64,000 nucleotides of DNA from a virus, in the IMG/VR virus record IMGVR_UViG_3300015371_000001, positions 1 to 64,000 of that record; one strand, given 5' to 3'. The notes under the pieces are model-generated. The model had not been told where the DNA came from and ran no database searches. It worked only from the letters and a program-made list of their open reading frames with translations. Positions 27,866 through 39,200 of the stretch are shown here, piece by piece; the first letter of the stretch is position 1; each line of letters begins with the position of its first letter. The position numbers and the translations under genes were made by a program.

Positions 27866-30265
27866 GTGCTGGAGTTCCAGGAGGACCCCGCACGCGAGGA
27901 GTACGAGGACGCCCTGCTGGCGCTGGCCTGCTCTCTCGCGAAGGACGCCGACCCCAACTCGAATTGGGTGGAGAAGGCGGGTGGTCTGCCTGACTACATT
28001 TGCCGGGTGGCCAAGCACATCAAGGAGAAGGGCGCTACCACCTCCAGTGCTATCGCCCAGGCCATCTCGACTATTAAGCGCTGGATCGCGACTGGTTCGC
28101 CTGAGACTAAGGCCAAGGCGTCGGCTGCCATCGCGCAGTGGGAGAAGATGAAGGCCAGCACCAAGCTGACCGGCCTTCCGATCCATGAGGACATGGACCT
28201 GGTCATGTTGACCAGCGGTCAGTCGTCCGGCGTTGAGGTGAACGACGACTACCTCCAGTACATCGCCAACAACGAGAACGCCGCGATGCTGTCGGCGTGG
28301 TGCTGCGGCACCGGCATCCCGTCCGGCGTACTTGAGTTGGCCAACACCTTCGAGGAGGCAGAGCACCCGCGTCACCCGGACGGTCGATTCCGGAATGCGG
28401 GAGCCGGTGCCGCACTGGACAAGGCAGCGGCGGCAGCCTCCAGAGCGTTCTCCACGGTTGGCAAGGCGCAGTACAAGGAGCGTCCCAACGGTGGGTTGAC
28501 CTACATCGGCGCGTCGTTCGACAAGACGAAGAAGGCTCCGAAGGCAGATCCGAAGTCGACGCCGACGAGTACTGATAAGCCGAAGGGCGGAGGAGACGCC
28601 AAGCCGAAGGCTCCGATCCCGCCCAACACGTCGTTGGACGAGAACGGTAATCCTCTGTCGACGGAGCAGAAGGACAAGGAGATTCGTGCGCTGGACACCA
28701 ACCAGCGGAATCTTTACTACGCTTCGACAAAGGCCGGGTACAACCATAACCAAGCGTTGCGGTCGGCGTACTCGATCTGGCCAAACAAGGACATCTACGG
28801 CTATAACGGCCCCGATTCTCTTGAGGGTCAGCAGGCGCTCCTTGAGGCCAACTACGAGATCGAGCGGACGCCTGGAACGTACTACCCAAGCTCGGTCCCA
28901 GGCTGGCTGAAGAAGCGGTTTCAGGGGCGTGACCGGGTAGGTCCACAGCGTTACAGCAGTGAAGGTGGTGTGCCGAGTGCTGCGGCCTATAACAAGTCGG
29001 TTGGCCTCGACACAGGTTTCTCTGCTGAAGGTAACGATCCACTGTTGGTCACACTTAGCGGCAAGGAGCCGTACGGCAGTGTGACGTACGCCGATCCCGG
29101 CTATCAGTCGGATGGCGTCAAGCGGTACCCCCTGGATTCAGAAGGCCACTGCCGTGCGGCGTGGTCCTACATCAACATGCCCAAGAACGCCTCGGCGTAC
29201 TCGCCGGATCAGTTGGCCAAGATCAAGGCGAAGATCAAGAGGGCGCTGGCCAAGTACACGAAGGAGGAGCCGGTGTCAGCTTCTATGGGAGACAGCTTCC
29301 TGGAGGCGTGGGACGACCGAGTTGAGCTTCACGGCGTCGCGAGTCAGCCAGGTTATGCATTCCTGCACAGCCCGAGCCCGCAGGTCTACTCAGCCGCACA
29401 GCGTCTCTACGAGACAGGCCGTCGGCGTGGACTTGATGTCACGTCGGCGCAGGCCGTCATCGCACGGCTGGAGAATGCCGATTCATACCGTCGGCACATC
29501 GCAGCAGGCGGCAACCGCATGATGCGGACCATCGAGGGTCAGACGGTGCCGGTCGGCAAGGGCAGCCACGACGACATCAAGTCGGGTGGCGGACTCAACA
29601 AGCCGATCAGCGTCCCGGTGCTGGACCTGCTCGAAGGTGCAGACGACCTCGAAGGTGCTCAGGCCAAGGCTCGGGACCGTGCGCTCAAGGCGCTTCGGGA
29701 CGGAGACGATCAGCGGGCAGCCGAGATCCTGGACGCGGCGAACCAGGACACGCCGAATAAGGCGTTCACCGACGCCATTGGGCGGCTCGGGTACGAGTCG
29801 GTGCCGGACGGCAATGAGTATGACTCCTTCGCTGAGGAGGATACGGACGAACCGAAGGAAGTGGACTCTTACGACAAGGGTCCAGGCTCTCTGCTCGACA
29901 AGCAGCCTGACAAGTTCGCTGAGCCCGCTCAGGAGGCCCCACAGGCCGCTCAGGCGAGCGCGGAGCCACAGGCGAAGGTCAAGGGACGTGTGTCCGGAGA
30001 AGGCCCCTCAAAGAGCCCTACAGCGGCTCCGAGTACTGGCGGGATGAGCCAGCCGACCGGCCTGGACATTGGAGGTGGAGCAGACAGCGCAGCAGCGGCT
30101 CCGGTTGCGGCTTCGTTCCTGCGACAGTTCTCTGACAATGAGGTTGAGCTTGCGGTCCGCCGCGTTCGCGATGTCGCCTACTGGCACGCACCGAAGGGAA
30201 CGCCCATTCGTGCGGCTCAGGCGGCAGGCGGTGGTGCTGGCCCAAAAGCCTCAGCGGCGGAGTAG
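27866..30265 (+). CDS. Multidomain putative internal head polyprotein (includes a DUF6582-like module); zero-frame product of a frameshift gene
   Basis: NWVEKAGGLPDYI module, HPRHPDGRF motif, KRYPLDSEGHCRAAWSYI module. Confidence 0.65.
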   Translation: MLEFQEDPAREEYEDALLALACSLAKDADPNSNWVEKAGGLPDYICRVAKHIKEKGATTSSAIAQAISTIKRWIATGSPETKAKASAAIAQWEKMKASTKLTGLPIHEDMDLVMLTSGQSSGVEVNDDYLQYIANNENAAMLSAWCCGTGIPSGVLELANTFEEAEHPRHPDGRFRNAGAGAALDKAAAAASRAFSTVGKAQYKERPNGGLTYIGASFDKTKKAPKADPKSTPTSTDKPKGGGDAKPKAPIPPNTSLDENGNPLSTEQKDKEIRALDTNQRNLYYASTKAGYNHNQALRSAYSIWPNKDIYGYNGPDSLEGQQALLEANYEIERTPGTYYPSSVPGWLKKRFQGRDRVGPQRYSSEGGVPSAAAYNKSVGLDTGFSAEGNDPLLVTLSGKEPYGSVTYADPGYQSDGVKRYPLDSEGHCRAAWSYINMPKNASAYSPDQLAKIKAKIKRALAKYTKEEPVSASMGDSFLEAWDDRVELHGVASQPGYAFLHSPSPQVYSAAQRLYETGRRRGLDVTSAQAVIARLENADSYRRHIAAGGNRMMRTIEGQTVPVGKGSHDDIKSGGGLNKPISVPVLDLLEGADDLEGAQAKARDRALKALRDGDDQRAAEILDAANQDTPNKAFTDAIGRLGYESVPDGNEYDSFAEEDTDEPKEVDSYDKGPGSLLDKQPDKFAEPAQEAPQAAQASAEPQAKVKGRVSGEGPSKSPTAAPSTGGMSQPTGLDIGGGADSAAAAPVAASFLRQFSDNEVELAVRRVRDVAYWHAPKGTPIRAAQAAGGGAGPKASAAE

Positions 30266-30294
30266 GTAGCGCGCTCTCGCCGGTTACTAGTGCT
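30241..30294 (+). promoter_or_regulatory. -1 ribosomal frameshift signal (C CCA AAA plus H-type pseudoknot)
   Basis: In-frame X XXY YYZ heptamer, 7-nt spacer, stem1 30255-30263/30273-30282, stem2 30268-30272/30290-30294. Confidence 0.7.
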
Positions 30295-33200
30295 CTCCGT
30301 GGTCACGATGACTACGGCGCTCGGATCAAGGCCGTAGAGGGTCAGATCCCTCGTCCGGGCCACCAGTACACCTCTCAGGACCTTGCGGCCATCCGCGCTC
30401 AGCGGAAGCCGTATGGCGATTTCGAGAGTGGGGCGCTTGGTGGCGGACCTACGGCTAACGCTGACCGGATCATGAGCCGCACCGAGGAGGGGATGATGGC
30501 GGCGGAGGCTGGCTGGAATCCGGCTCAGCAGAAGGATCTTGACCGGCGTGCAGGTCTGCTCCGAAAGATGGGTGACTACGAAGGAGCCGACCAGTTGCTC
30601 CAGGACGCTGGCGAGTTTGACCGGACCATCGCGCCGTTCGCACCTCCGGAGAACTACAAGTCGGCAGTGCCACAGGAGGAGATCAACCGGCTGCGGTTCG
30701 GTAACCAAGGCAAGAAGGAGGAGATGACTCCGGCTCAGCAGAAGGATCTTGACCGGCGTGTAGGTCTGCTCCGCAAGATGGGTGACAACGCCGGAGCCGA
30801 TCAGTTGCTCCAAGACGCTGGCCAGTTCAACAAGACGAAGAAGTCCACCAAGAAGCTGATGAAAGCGGCTCAGGCGTATCAGGCAGCCGACAACCCGGAG
30901 GACCGTAACCAAGCTCTGGAGAAGTTCCAGAAGGCTTGGGACAATTCACCGACCAAGTTGAAAGAGGGGGCGAGTTTCTTCACTGGTCGGGATATGACGC
31001 AGCCCCAGAACTTCCGTGATCTAGGGAGTAACTTCCGGACGTTGGTTGGTGCTCGGCAGTCTCGTCCGGTCGGAGGCGTGAAGCCTGAGCGTGGAGGCAT
31101 CAAGCAGCCTGCGCTTCAAGCGCCGTCTATGCAGATTGATCAGAAGGCCGGTGATCGTGTTGAGCAGATCAACCGGGAGGCTCGGCAGCTTCAGAGTGGA
31201 GACAACAACTTCCGCACCCTTGTTGGTGCTCGGCCTGCGCGTGTCGGAGGCGTGAAGCCTCAGCGTGGTGGTGTGAAGCCTCAGCGTGGTGGTGTGACGC
31301 GCGCGGTGACGCCGTCGGTTGTTGAGCCTGGAGCCGAAGCGAAGCCAGGTAAGCCGAAGCAGGGATTCGATCCTTCGACCGGTGTGACGACGTACCCGAA
31401 TGGTGAGAAGTTCGACATCAACGGGATGCATGTTGTGTCGCCTGGAGTGGCCGAGGATGAGGGTGGCGCGAAGTACAAGATCACCCCTGAGCAGGAGAAG
31501 TTCCTTCGAGGAGCCAGCAGTAACGACCGGACTCAGAGCACCGGCAAGTTGACGTACCCGAAGTTCAACACCTCGCCTGGTGCGACGACGACTCAAGCCC
31601 AGGTGTCGGAGTCCAACGTCATTGAAAGTGCGCGGAAGGCGCTTCGAGCACGTCGTGACCGGAAGTACGACGAGAAGAAGGCCAGCGGCGAGATCGTGTC
31701 GGAGCCCAAGATTTCGAGTGGTTTGGAGAGGGCTTCGAAGGGCTTCACACCGTCGCAACTGGCTGTGTCGCCGGACAAGATCGCACCACGGGGCTCAGCA
31801 GAGCGTAAGCGCCAGGTGGCAGCCGACAACGCGGAGTACCAGCGTTCGGCGAATGATGCACGTCTCGACCGTTCTGTGGCTCAGACGCCGGTCGGTAAGG
31901 CCATCTCAAATGACCAGCGTCGTCGTCAGGGCGGCGGAGATGCTTCGCGGAGTCGTGCGCCTCAGCACCGAGCAGTCACCCGGCAGGAGCAAGAGGCCAA
32001 GTTCCATCAGCAGTACTTGGACTACGACCGAACGAAGAAGCCAGGCGGAGCGAAGAACGCCAAGGCACAGCCGTTCGACCGTACGCAGCGCGGTGGCGAC
32101 CTGACTGATCGTCTGGCTCGTGACCGTGGTCGGAAGGACCTTCAGGGCGCGCAGGGCCGTCGACAGACGAATCAGGCGCTTGGTGAAGGCGCACGTCGTC
32201 GTGCGGCGAACCCGGCAGCGTATAAGGCTCGGCCAGGACAGCCGAACCCTCCGCGTAAGACAGGTCAGCCGTTTGCTGATTATCTGGGTGCGTACGCCCA
32301 GGAGGAGAAGCGCGCGCGCGGTCAGATTCAGTCGAATCGTGAGAAGCGTTCGTCGTCTCGACAGTCTCAGACCCGTGGTTCCGTCGCGAAGAACCCGCAG
32401 GGCTACGGCAAGATTCTAGATAAGCCGAATGTGCCTCCGGAGACTCCGGCTCAGCGGTTGGAACGTCGCTTGCGTGAGCGCCAGGCTCCACGGCCCAACG
32501 ATGTTTCGGTAGAGACTCGTAGCGGTAAGAGGATGAAGGCAGAACGAGGCTCCATCGGCGAGGCGATGTTGAAGTACCGGGGGCCTGAAGGCCGACCAGG
32601 TCCAGCGCCTAAGACAGGTGCCGGACGACCAACATCACGGATGGAATCGCAGACCCGAGGCTCGGTTGATAAGCCGAAGTACGGCCCTGTCGTTCTTGGG
32701 CCGCGTCGTGGTCAAGCTGCGGCCAATGAGGCAGCGGCCCGTGGCGTACGCCAGGAGAACTTCACCACGGCTCGCGATGCCAAGACGGGCAAGAAGATCG
32801 ACCTGCCAGTGGGTCGCACCTTCGCAGCGCAGGACAAGGGCGAGCCGCGTGCGTCACAGTTCCGGCAGGACCCCAACTACAGTCGAGGGCAGTTTAAGAA
32901 GCCTGACCAGAATCCTTGGGCTCGGACCACACCGATGCAGGCAGCGTCGAAGCCTGGTACGCCGCAGAATGAGAGTCCTCGGTTCAAGCAGTTGGTCCAG
33001 CGCTCGAAGGACCTCGCGGCACACCCAGACTCGCCGGAGGCGAAGGCCGAGAAGAAGAAGGTCGACCGCGAGATTGCGCATAGCCCAGAGGTTCGAGGCG
33101 GCGGCAACCTGGCCGACAAGACGGCCAAGAAGCCGAGTTCATTGACCGACACCGGTACCTCGCTTGGTCAACAGGATGCGACGAAGGGTCGTCGTCTGAG

Positions 33201-34344
33201 TGGTCAAGGCACCGGGGCAGGTCGCGCTGCGGCTGCCAAGCGGAATGCTGCGGTGGACGCTGAGATCGCTCGGCGTCGTGGCGGAGAGCCAGCGGTGGCT
33301 CCGGAGAAGAAGCCGAGTTTGGCGAGAAGGCTCGCGGCGGATGCTACGAAGCCAGGCGGTAGCGCCCAGGCGTACAACGATCTCACTGCTGGAAAGATTG
33401 TGGGTGAAGCAACCCCAACTGAGATTCAGCGGTCGCGCACCCGTACGGGTATTCGGTCTCAGGGACTCGCTGGGTTGATGCAGCGGGGTATGGAAGCTAC
33501 CGACCGGGAGCGTGCGGCTCGGAAGTCGCAGTACAGCGCCAACCTGGAGAAGCCTGACGTGGACCGTGGGCCGCTGGAGAAGCCTCCAACCGTGCTGATC
33601 CAGCCTCAGACGTTGGAGAAGCCGACCGGTAAGGAGATCGGCGATACGAGGCCAGCACGTCAGTTGCAGGCCGCGTTGCAACAGAGCGCTACGGATTTGG
33701 GACGCGCTGAGCGTGCGACAGCGGATGTGCAACGTGCCGAGAATCCAGTCGACCAGAAGGCGCTCCAAGACAAGGCCGCAGAGCTTCAGCGTCAACATCC
33801 CGGCCTGACCCCAGCAGGGGCGAAGGACATGGCGACGATCAATGAGGAGGGATTCCAGGTCGGCGCAGTTAATGGGACGTTCAATGCCTTCATCAACCTC
33901 CCTGGCCAGCCAGAGGCGATGCCTGACGAGATGGGCTTCTTGGGGAACCCGAGCGATCCGTTCTACGGTGCAGGTGATCTGGAGTCGCCGGAGGCCGCGC
34001 AGGGCTTTGGTGAGGCGATTAACCGACTGCGGGACTTGGGCTATGAACCACGCGGTACCGATGTGAACGACTACGACAACCGGGTTGGTCCGTTCAAGGG
34101 CATTCCTAAGACAGCAGTGGGTCGAGAGCTTCAGTACATCCGTAGCCGGTTCGCCAGTCGGAACAAGGCACAACAGGCGCGGTTGCAGCAGGGTGACCCG
34201 ACTCAGTCGAAGGAAGGCCAGGATGCTCTGGCGCTGGAGCGGAAGCGGGACAAGATCACTCGCAACTTGAGCGAGAAGGAGAAGCGTGATCTCCTCTCGA
34301 AGCGGATCAGGCGTCAGCAGGCTCGTTTGCTCGCAGCAGGATGA
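30247..34344 (+). CDS. Large low-complexity basic protein; likely -1-frame extension of 27866 ORF
   Basis: Frame open from ~30148, well upstream of first ATG 30472; internal repeats PAQQKDLDRR, NFRTLVGAR, GGVKPQR. Confidence 0.7.
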   Translation, partial: SLSGGVGSALSPVTSALRGHDDYGARIKAVEGQIPRPGHQYTSQDLAAIRAQRKPYGDFESGALGGGPTANADRIMSRTEEGMMAAEAGWNPAQQKDLDRRAGLLRKMGDYEGADQLLQDAGEFDRTIAPFAPPENYKSAVPQEEINRLRFGNQGKKEEMTPAQQKDLDRRVGLLRKMGDNAGADQLLQDAGQFNKTKKSTKKLMKAAQAYQAADNPEDRNQALEKFQKAWDNSPTKLKEGASFFTGRDMTQPQNFRDLGSNFRTLVGARQSRPVGGVKPERGGIKQPALQAPSMQIDQKAGDRVEQINREARQLQSGDNNFRTLVGARPARVGGVKPQRGGVKPQRGGVTRAVTPSVVEPGAEAKPGKPKQGFDPSTGVTTYPNGEKFDINGMHVVSPGVAEDEGGAKYKITPEQEKFLRGASSNDRTQSTGKLTYPKFNTSPGATTTQAQVSESNVIESARKALRARRDRKYDEKKASGEIVSEPKISSGLERASKGFTPSQLAVSPDKIAPRGSAERKRQVAADNAEYQRSANDARLDRSVAQTPVGKAISNDQRRRQGGGDASRSRAPQHRAVTRQEQEAKFHQQYLDYDRTKKPGGAKNAKAQPFDRTQRGGDLTDRLARDRGRKDLQGAQGRRQTNQALGEGARRRAANPAAYKARPGQPNPPRKTGQPFADYLGAYAQEEKRARGQIQSNREKRSSSRQSQTRGSVAKNPQGYGKILDKPNVPPETPAQRLERRLRERQAPRPNDVSVETRSGKRMKAERGSIGEAMLKYRGPEGRPGPAPKTGAGRPTSRMESQTRGSVDKPKYGPVVLGPRRGQAAANEAAARGVRQENFTTARDAKTGKKIDLPVGRTFAAQDKGEPRASQFRQDPNYSRGQFKKPDQNPWARTTPMQAASKPGTPQNESPRFKQLVQRSKDLAAHPDSPEAKAEKKKVDREIAHSPEVRGGGNLADKTAKKPSSLTDTGTSLGQQDATKGRRLSGQGTGAGRAAAAKRNAAVDAEIARRRGGEPAVAPEKKPSLARRLAADATKPGGSAQAYNDLTAGKIVGEATPTEIQRSRTRTGIRSQGLAGLMQRGMEATDRERAARKSQYSANLEKPDVDRGPLEKPPTVLIQPQTLEKPTGKEIGDTRPARQLQAALQQSATDLGRAERATADVQRAENPVDQKALQDKAAELQRQHPGLTPAGAKDMATINEEGFQVGAVNGTFNAFINLPGQPEAMPDEMGFLGNPSDPFYGAGDLESPEAAQGFGEAINRLRDLGYEPRGTDVNDYDNRVGPFKGIPKTAVGRELQYIRSRFASRNKAQQARLQQGDPTQSKEGQDALALERKRDKITRNLSEKEKRDLLSKRIRRQQARLLAAG

Positions 34345-34376
34345 TTGCTGAAGTTCTTTGATCCGATGAAGTCACT

Positions 34377-36215
34377 GTGAGCGGACTTGCAGGCTACCTC
34401 TCGTCTCCCCTGGACGAGGCGAGCCTTCCGCTAGAATCTATCTTTGCTGAAGAACCTGTACCGCTCACCACGTTCGTGCAGGACCGGAAGTTCCTGGGCA
34501 ACCCCCCGCTGAGTCCGATCCAGTACCAGGCAGTCCGGCACATCGAGCAGATCTATTTCCCAGAGACGTACAAGCTGATGGCTCAGCAGTTCGGGGAGTA
34601 TTGGGAGCCGGTCAGGCCGATCAATTTCGCCACGCTCCAGTGGGGCAAGGGTTCTGGCAAGGACCACATCTGCCGTGTCTCCAGCTTGCGGATCGCCTAC
34701 CTCTTGATCTGCCTGAAGTCACCGCAGGAGTACTTCGGCATTGCGCCGCAAGACACGATCCACATGCTCAACGTTGCGTCCAGCCGACTCCAGGCAAACA
34801 ACGCATTCTTCACTCCGTTGGTCAAGGCCGTGCAGCGTGGCTGGTTCGCCGATCACGCTCACGACAAGCAGGACGTGATCATCTGGAGCAAGAACATCGA
34901 GTCCATCTCCGGTCACGCTGACGCCGAGTCTCAGGAGGGCATGAACCTCATCTTGGGGATCGCCGACGAGATCGACGCCTTCCGCTCCAAAGAGGAGTTG
35001 TTGAGCTACCGAGCCAAGCAGGCGCGTGAGCCTACTCGTTCTGCTGAAGCCATCCTCAAGATGCTGCGTACGTCGGCCAGCACCCGGTTCCCTCAGACGT
35101 TCAAGATCGTCCAGATCTCCTATCCGAGGTACCTGGGCTCCACGATCCAGCAGTTGACCAGGCGGGCCAAGCAGGACTTCAAGGAGAAGGGGCCGCGTTC
35201 GCGCTACTACGTGGACGGCCCTCGGGCTACTTGGGACGTACGGCCCGGTCTCACGAAGGAGAACTTTGCCGAGGACTACGTCGAGGACGAGATCATGGCG
35301 CGCTCGATGTATGAGTGCAAGCCAGCCCGAGCCGTTGATGCGTACTTCCGGAACCTTGATGCACTCCACGCCTGCGTACGGGACGAGGAGTCCCCGATCA
35401 AGGTGGACTACAAGCTGGAGAAGGAGCGCGGCTCCAAGGTGTGGGTGCCGCGCTATCACTTCGACCCAGGCTTCTACCCGATCAAGGGTGCGAGCTATGT
35501 GATCCATGCGGACATGGCGGTCAAGAACGACCGAGCCGGAGTGGCGATGTCCCATGTCGTGCGGTGGGACACCCAAGAGTTCACCAGTCACGACGAGGAG
35601 GGCGGCGAGGAGCGCTGGCACGATCAGCGTCCGTTCGTGAAGTGCGACTTCATCTTCAGCTTCCAGGCTGATCTGAACGACAAGCCGCCACGAGAGATCC
35701 AGATTCGGTGGGTCCGGCAGTTGGTGTTCGAGCTACTGCGGCAGGGCTTCCCCATCGCACGGGTGACGTTCGATCAGTTCGAGTCGCGTGACTCCATGCA
35801 GATCATCGAGTCCAAGGGAGTCGAGACTGAGCGTGTCTCACTGGACCGTGACGAGACGGCATGGCGGACTCTGCGTGACTTGATGTATGAGGTGCGCTTG
35901 TCGATGCCGATGAGCAAGATCCTGATTGAGGACGAGCTTCCGTCATTGCAGAAGTTGTCCAACGGCAAGATCGACCACCCGCCGATGGGGTCCAAGGACG
36001 AGGCCGACGCGCTCGCCGGGTCAGTTATGGGCGCTATCGAGATCGGTGGTGCTGAGGACCCCGATGGGCAGCGGGCGTACTTCGGCAGTGACCGGTTCGG
36101 TGGGGCACTCGGACCGGGCGGCAAGTTGTTCAACCAGCCTCGGTCGCATCGGTATGACGAGCCAGTCGTCAGCGACACCGTCGGCTACTCGGTGAGTTGG
36201 TGGGGTGACGGATGA
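34377..36215 (+). CDS. Terminase large subunit
   Basis: GKGSGKD Walker A, IADEID Walker B, C-terminal nuclease IHAD...FDQF...KIDHP..SKDEADA. Confidence 0.9.
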   Translation: MSGLAGYLSSPLDEASLPLESIFAEEPVPLTTFVQDRKFLGNPPLSPIQYQAVRHIEQIYFPETYKLMAQQFGEYWEPVRPINFATLQWGKGSGKDHICRVSSLRIAYLLICLKSPQEYFGIAPQDTIHMLNVASSRLQANNAFFTPLVKAVQRGWFADHAHDKQDVIIWSKNIESISGHADAESQEGMNLILGIADEIDAFRSKEELLSYRAKQAREPTRSAEAILKMLRTSASTRFPQTFKIVQISYPRYLGSTIQQLTRRAKQDFKEKGPRSRYYVDGPRATWDVRPGLTKENFAEDYVEDEIMARSMYECKPARAVDAYFRNLDALHACVRDEESPIKVDYKLEKERGSKVWVPRYHFDPGFYPIKGASYVIHADMAVKNDRAGVAMSHVVRWDTQEFTSHDEEGGEERWHDQRPFVKCDFIFSFQADLNDKPPREIQIRWVRQLVFELLRQGFPIARVTFDQFESRDSMQIIESKGVETERVSLDRDETAWRTLRDLMYEVRLSMPMSKILIEDELPSLQKLSNGKIDHPPMGSKDEADALAGSVMGAIEIGGAEDPDGQRAYFGSDRFGGALGPGGKLFNQPRSHRYDEPVVSDTVGYSVSWWGDG

Positions 36216-39200
36216 CGACTGACATCGTGACGCTGGCCAACGACGATGATCCACAGGCCGTCGTACCGCGTCCGAAGGAGGACAGCCAGGAGTTCGGTAT
36301 CGCGCTGCGGTTGCCGTTCTCCACGCCGTACGTCCCGCCCCGAGGCGTTAAGAAGCGGTCCAAGGACGACCTCTATGAGGTGTTCAATGAGAAGGCGGAG
36401 GATGAGCCAAACATCCTCCAGCTTCAGGCCATGCGGCGTACGGATGGTCAGGCCCGTGCGTTGTACCGACTGATCACCCTTCCGATTCGGTCGGCACTGC
36501 GTACGGCCAAGTTCGTTCCTGCGAAGGATGGCGAGCTTGAGGCTGAGTTCGCTGAATTGATGCTGACCTTGCCGTACTCGGGCGGCGGGATGCAGACGCC
36601 CATGCGGACCGTCATCGCTCAGATGCTCATGGCGGTGTTCGATGGGTACTCCGCGTTTGAACAGGTGTTGTGGCGTCCGAAGAAGGGGCCGTTGGAAGGC
36701 ATGTGGACGCTGCGCAAGATCGCGCACCGGCCAGCCGAGACGGTCACCTTCATCACCGACGACCACGGTGAGTTTGAGGGCATCCGGCAGCGGACGGTGA
36801 TCCACGGCAAGGAGATCGATGAGTTCATCGATGCTCGGTCGTGCATCTACTTCGCCGTGCAGGAGGAGGAGCGCCCGTTCTACGGCGTGAGTTACTTCCA
36901 GGCGGCGTTCAGTCACTTCGACAAGAAGGTGAAGCTCTACTACATCTCGCACCTGGCAGCCCAGCACCGAGCCGTCGGTGCTCGGATCGGTACGGCACCG
37001 GCCAGTGCGTCCAAGGCAGAGCGGGACACCTTCCTGAAGCACATGGAGGACTTTGGCTTCGCTCAGGCGATTCTGCTCCCCAAAGACTTCGAGATTGAGC
37101 ACCAGTACCCGACGGCCAACGCGAGCTTCCTGGACCTGATCAACCACCACAACAGCCAGATGTCCAAGAGCGTGCTCGCCGCGTTCTTCGATGACAGCCA
37201 GGGTGGTGGGGCCGACAGCGCGCTGGTCGACTTCGGCAAGCAGGACGACTCGATGTTCGTGATGATGCTCCAGGCGTTGATGGACGACCTGGCTGGTCTC
37301 ATCAACGACAAGCTGATCCCCAAGTTCATCGACTGGAACTTCGGCTCAGAGAAGTACCCCGAGTTCAAGTTTGGCACCTTCACCAATGAGCAGAAGGAGA
37401 TCATTCACTCCACGTTCGAGAAGCTGGCCGTGGCTGGTCAGACCCTCACCGTGACTCACGAGTTCATGCGCGAGCTTGAGAAGTACATGGCCGAGGAGCT
37501 TGGGCTGGACAACATCGACTACGAGGACATTGACGCCAGAGAGCGGGCCGACAAGGAGAAGGCTGATCTCCAGGCTCAGGAGATGGGTCAGTTCTACGGT
37601 GGCAGCGGAGGCTTCCCACCCAAGCCCAAGGCTCCAGATGGTCCTGACGGCCCACAGCCGTCCAAGCCGATTGGTCAGGGTCCAAGTGGTAGCAACAGTG
37701 GCGGCGTACGGCCACCTGGCAGCGAGCCGGATACGTCAGTGCCATTCGCGGCCACCTACACCACGGGCGGCAACACGGTCGAGTTGACCTGGGACCCGAC
37801 GCTCCACCCGCGCGATCCCATCGGGCAGTTCGCTCCAGCCGATGGATCGAACAAGGAGCCGGTCAAGGAGTCGAGCACCCACATCAAGAAGCCGTTGGAG
37901 CCTGAGCACCAGGCGAGCGCAGAGCCTAAGGGTGGATTTGCAGAGCCACGTCCTCGCGATACGGCGTCAAGCGATTCCAGTAGTAGTACGTCGTACGATC
38001 ACACGACTGAGGACAAGCCACCGAAGATGCCACCGGAGCTTGAGGGCCGGTCGCTGGAGTCGCTGAAGAATGAGCGCCGTCGGTTGGGTCGGGAGATCTT
38101 GCAGAGCAGCGGCAACCTCAAGCGCGTGTTGATGCTGGCGCAGCAGGTGGTCAAGATCAACGACGGCATCGAGGCGCTGGAGTACCAGCGCGAACAGCAC
38201 CGGGACCGTATCCATCAGCTACTTCAGGCCAGTTCTGCGAGCAAGGCCGCGCTCACTCAGGAGGCGGATGAGGTGTACTCGACCGAGGGCAAGACGGATG
38301 TGGTCGAGCTTGCCACCATGTGGCAGGAGCGACTGCACCCACGAGACAATGACGGCAAGTTCGCCGAGAAGCCTGGTACCGGTGTTGCCCGAGCCTTCAA
38401 GGCGTTGGACACCAGTGCCGAGGTCTACGCCAAGCCGGGAGGCCGTGGGACAGCGCACTACAAGCTGTTCAAGGATGGCAGCGCGCAGTACGTCAACGCG
38501 AGGATGGAGTCCACCGATCTAAAGCGTGATGTGGCGCTGAGGCGGATCGCGAAGCAGGGGTTCGAGAAGCAGGCAGGCGACTTCAAGCCAGCGAGGCCAC
38601 GCCGCCCAAAAGCTGACGCCCCCGCTAGGGGGCTCTCCGACAAGATCAAGAAGCCCCCGGACACGCCTCAGCAGAAGGCGATCCTCCGCAAGAGCAAGAC
38701 GGCTCAGAAGGTTCGGCGTGAGTGGCCGGTCGGCACACGAGTGACGGCGAATACGAAGGAGCCCACCGGACGCGAAGGCACCGTTACTCGCCACGTACCA
38801 GGGACCAACGCTCAGGGCGGTCACCTGAACGTCAAGTGGGACAACGGTACGGAGGGTCGGCACTCGCCGGTCAGCTTGAAGAAGGTCACCAGTGAGGACC
38901 GAGTCCTCATCGGGCGCGAGTGGGACCGGAAGTCCGCTCGGGAGTGGACTGAGTCGAAGCCTCTGAGTCCAGAGCAGTTGAAGGTGGTGGAGGACTACAC
39001 CGGGGGAGAGGGCTACAAGGGAACCAACCGTGGTCTGCGTGGTCGCGCCAAGATGACGCCGAAGATCGAGTCTGAGGTTGCTGGCTTGGATTCGATCATG
39101 GAGCCGCTGCCGCAGGACATCGTCGTACGGCACTTCACGCATCGCCGGGAGTTCCCCAAGAACGTGCAGCCTGGAGATCAGTGGAGTGACCCCGGCTTCC

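Noticed and set aside
30263-30265. Amber readthrough or TAG recoding linking the large ORFs
   Set aside because: The zero frame hits another TAG about 24 codons later, the downstream ORF is in the -1 frame, and no CUA tRNA is present
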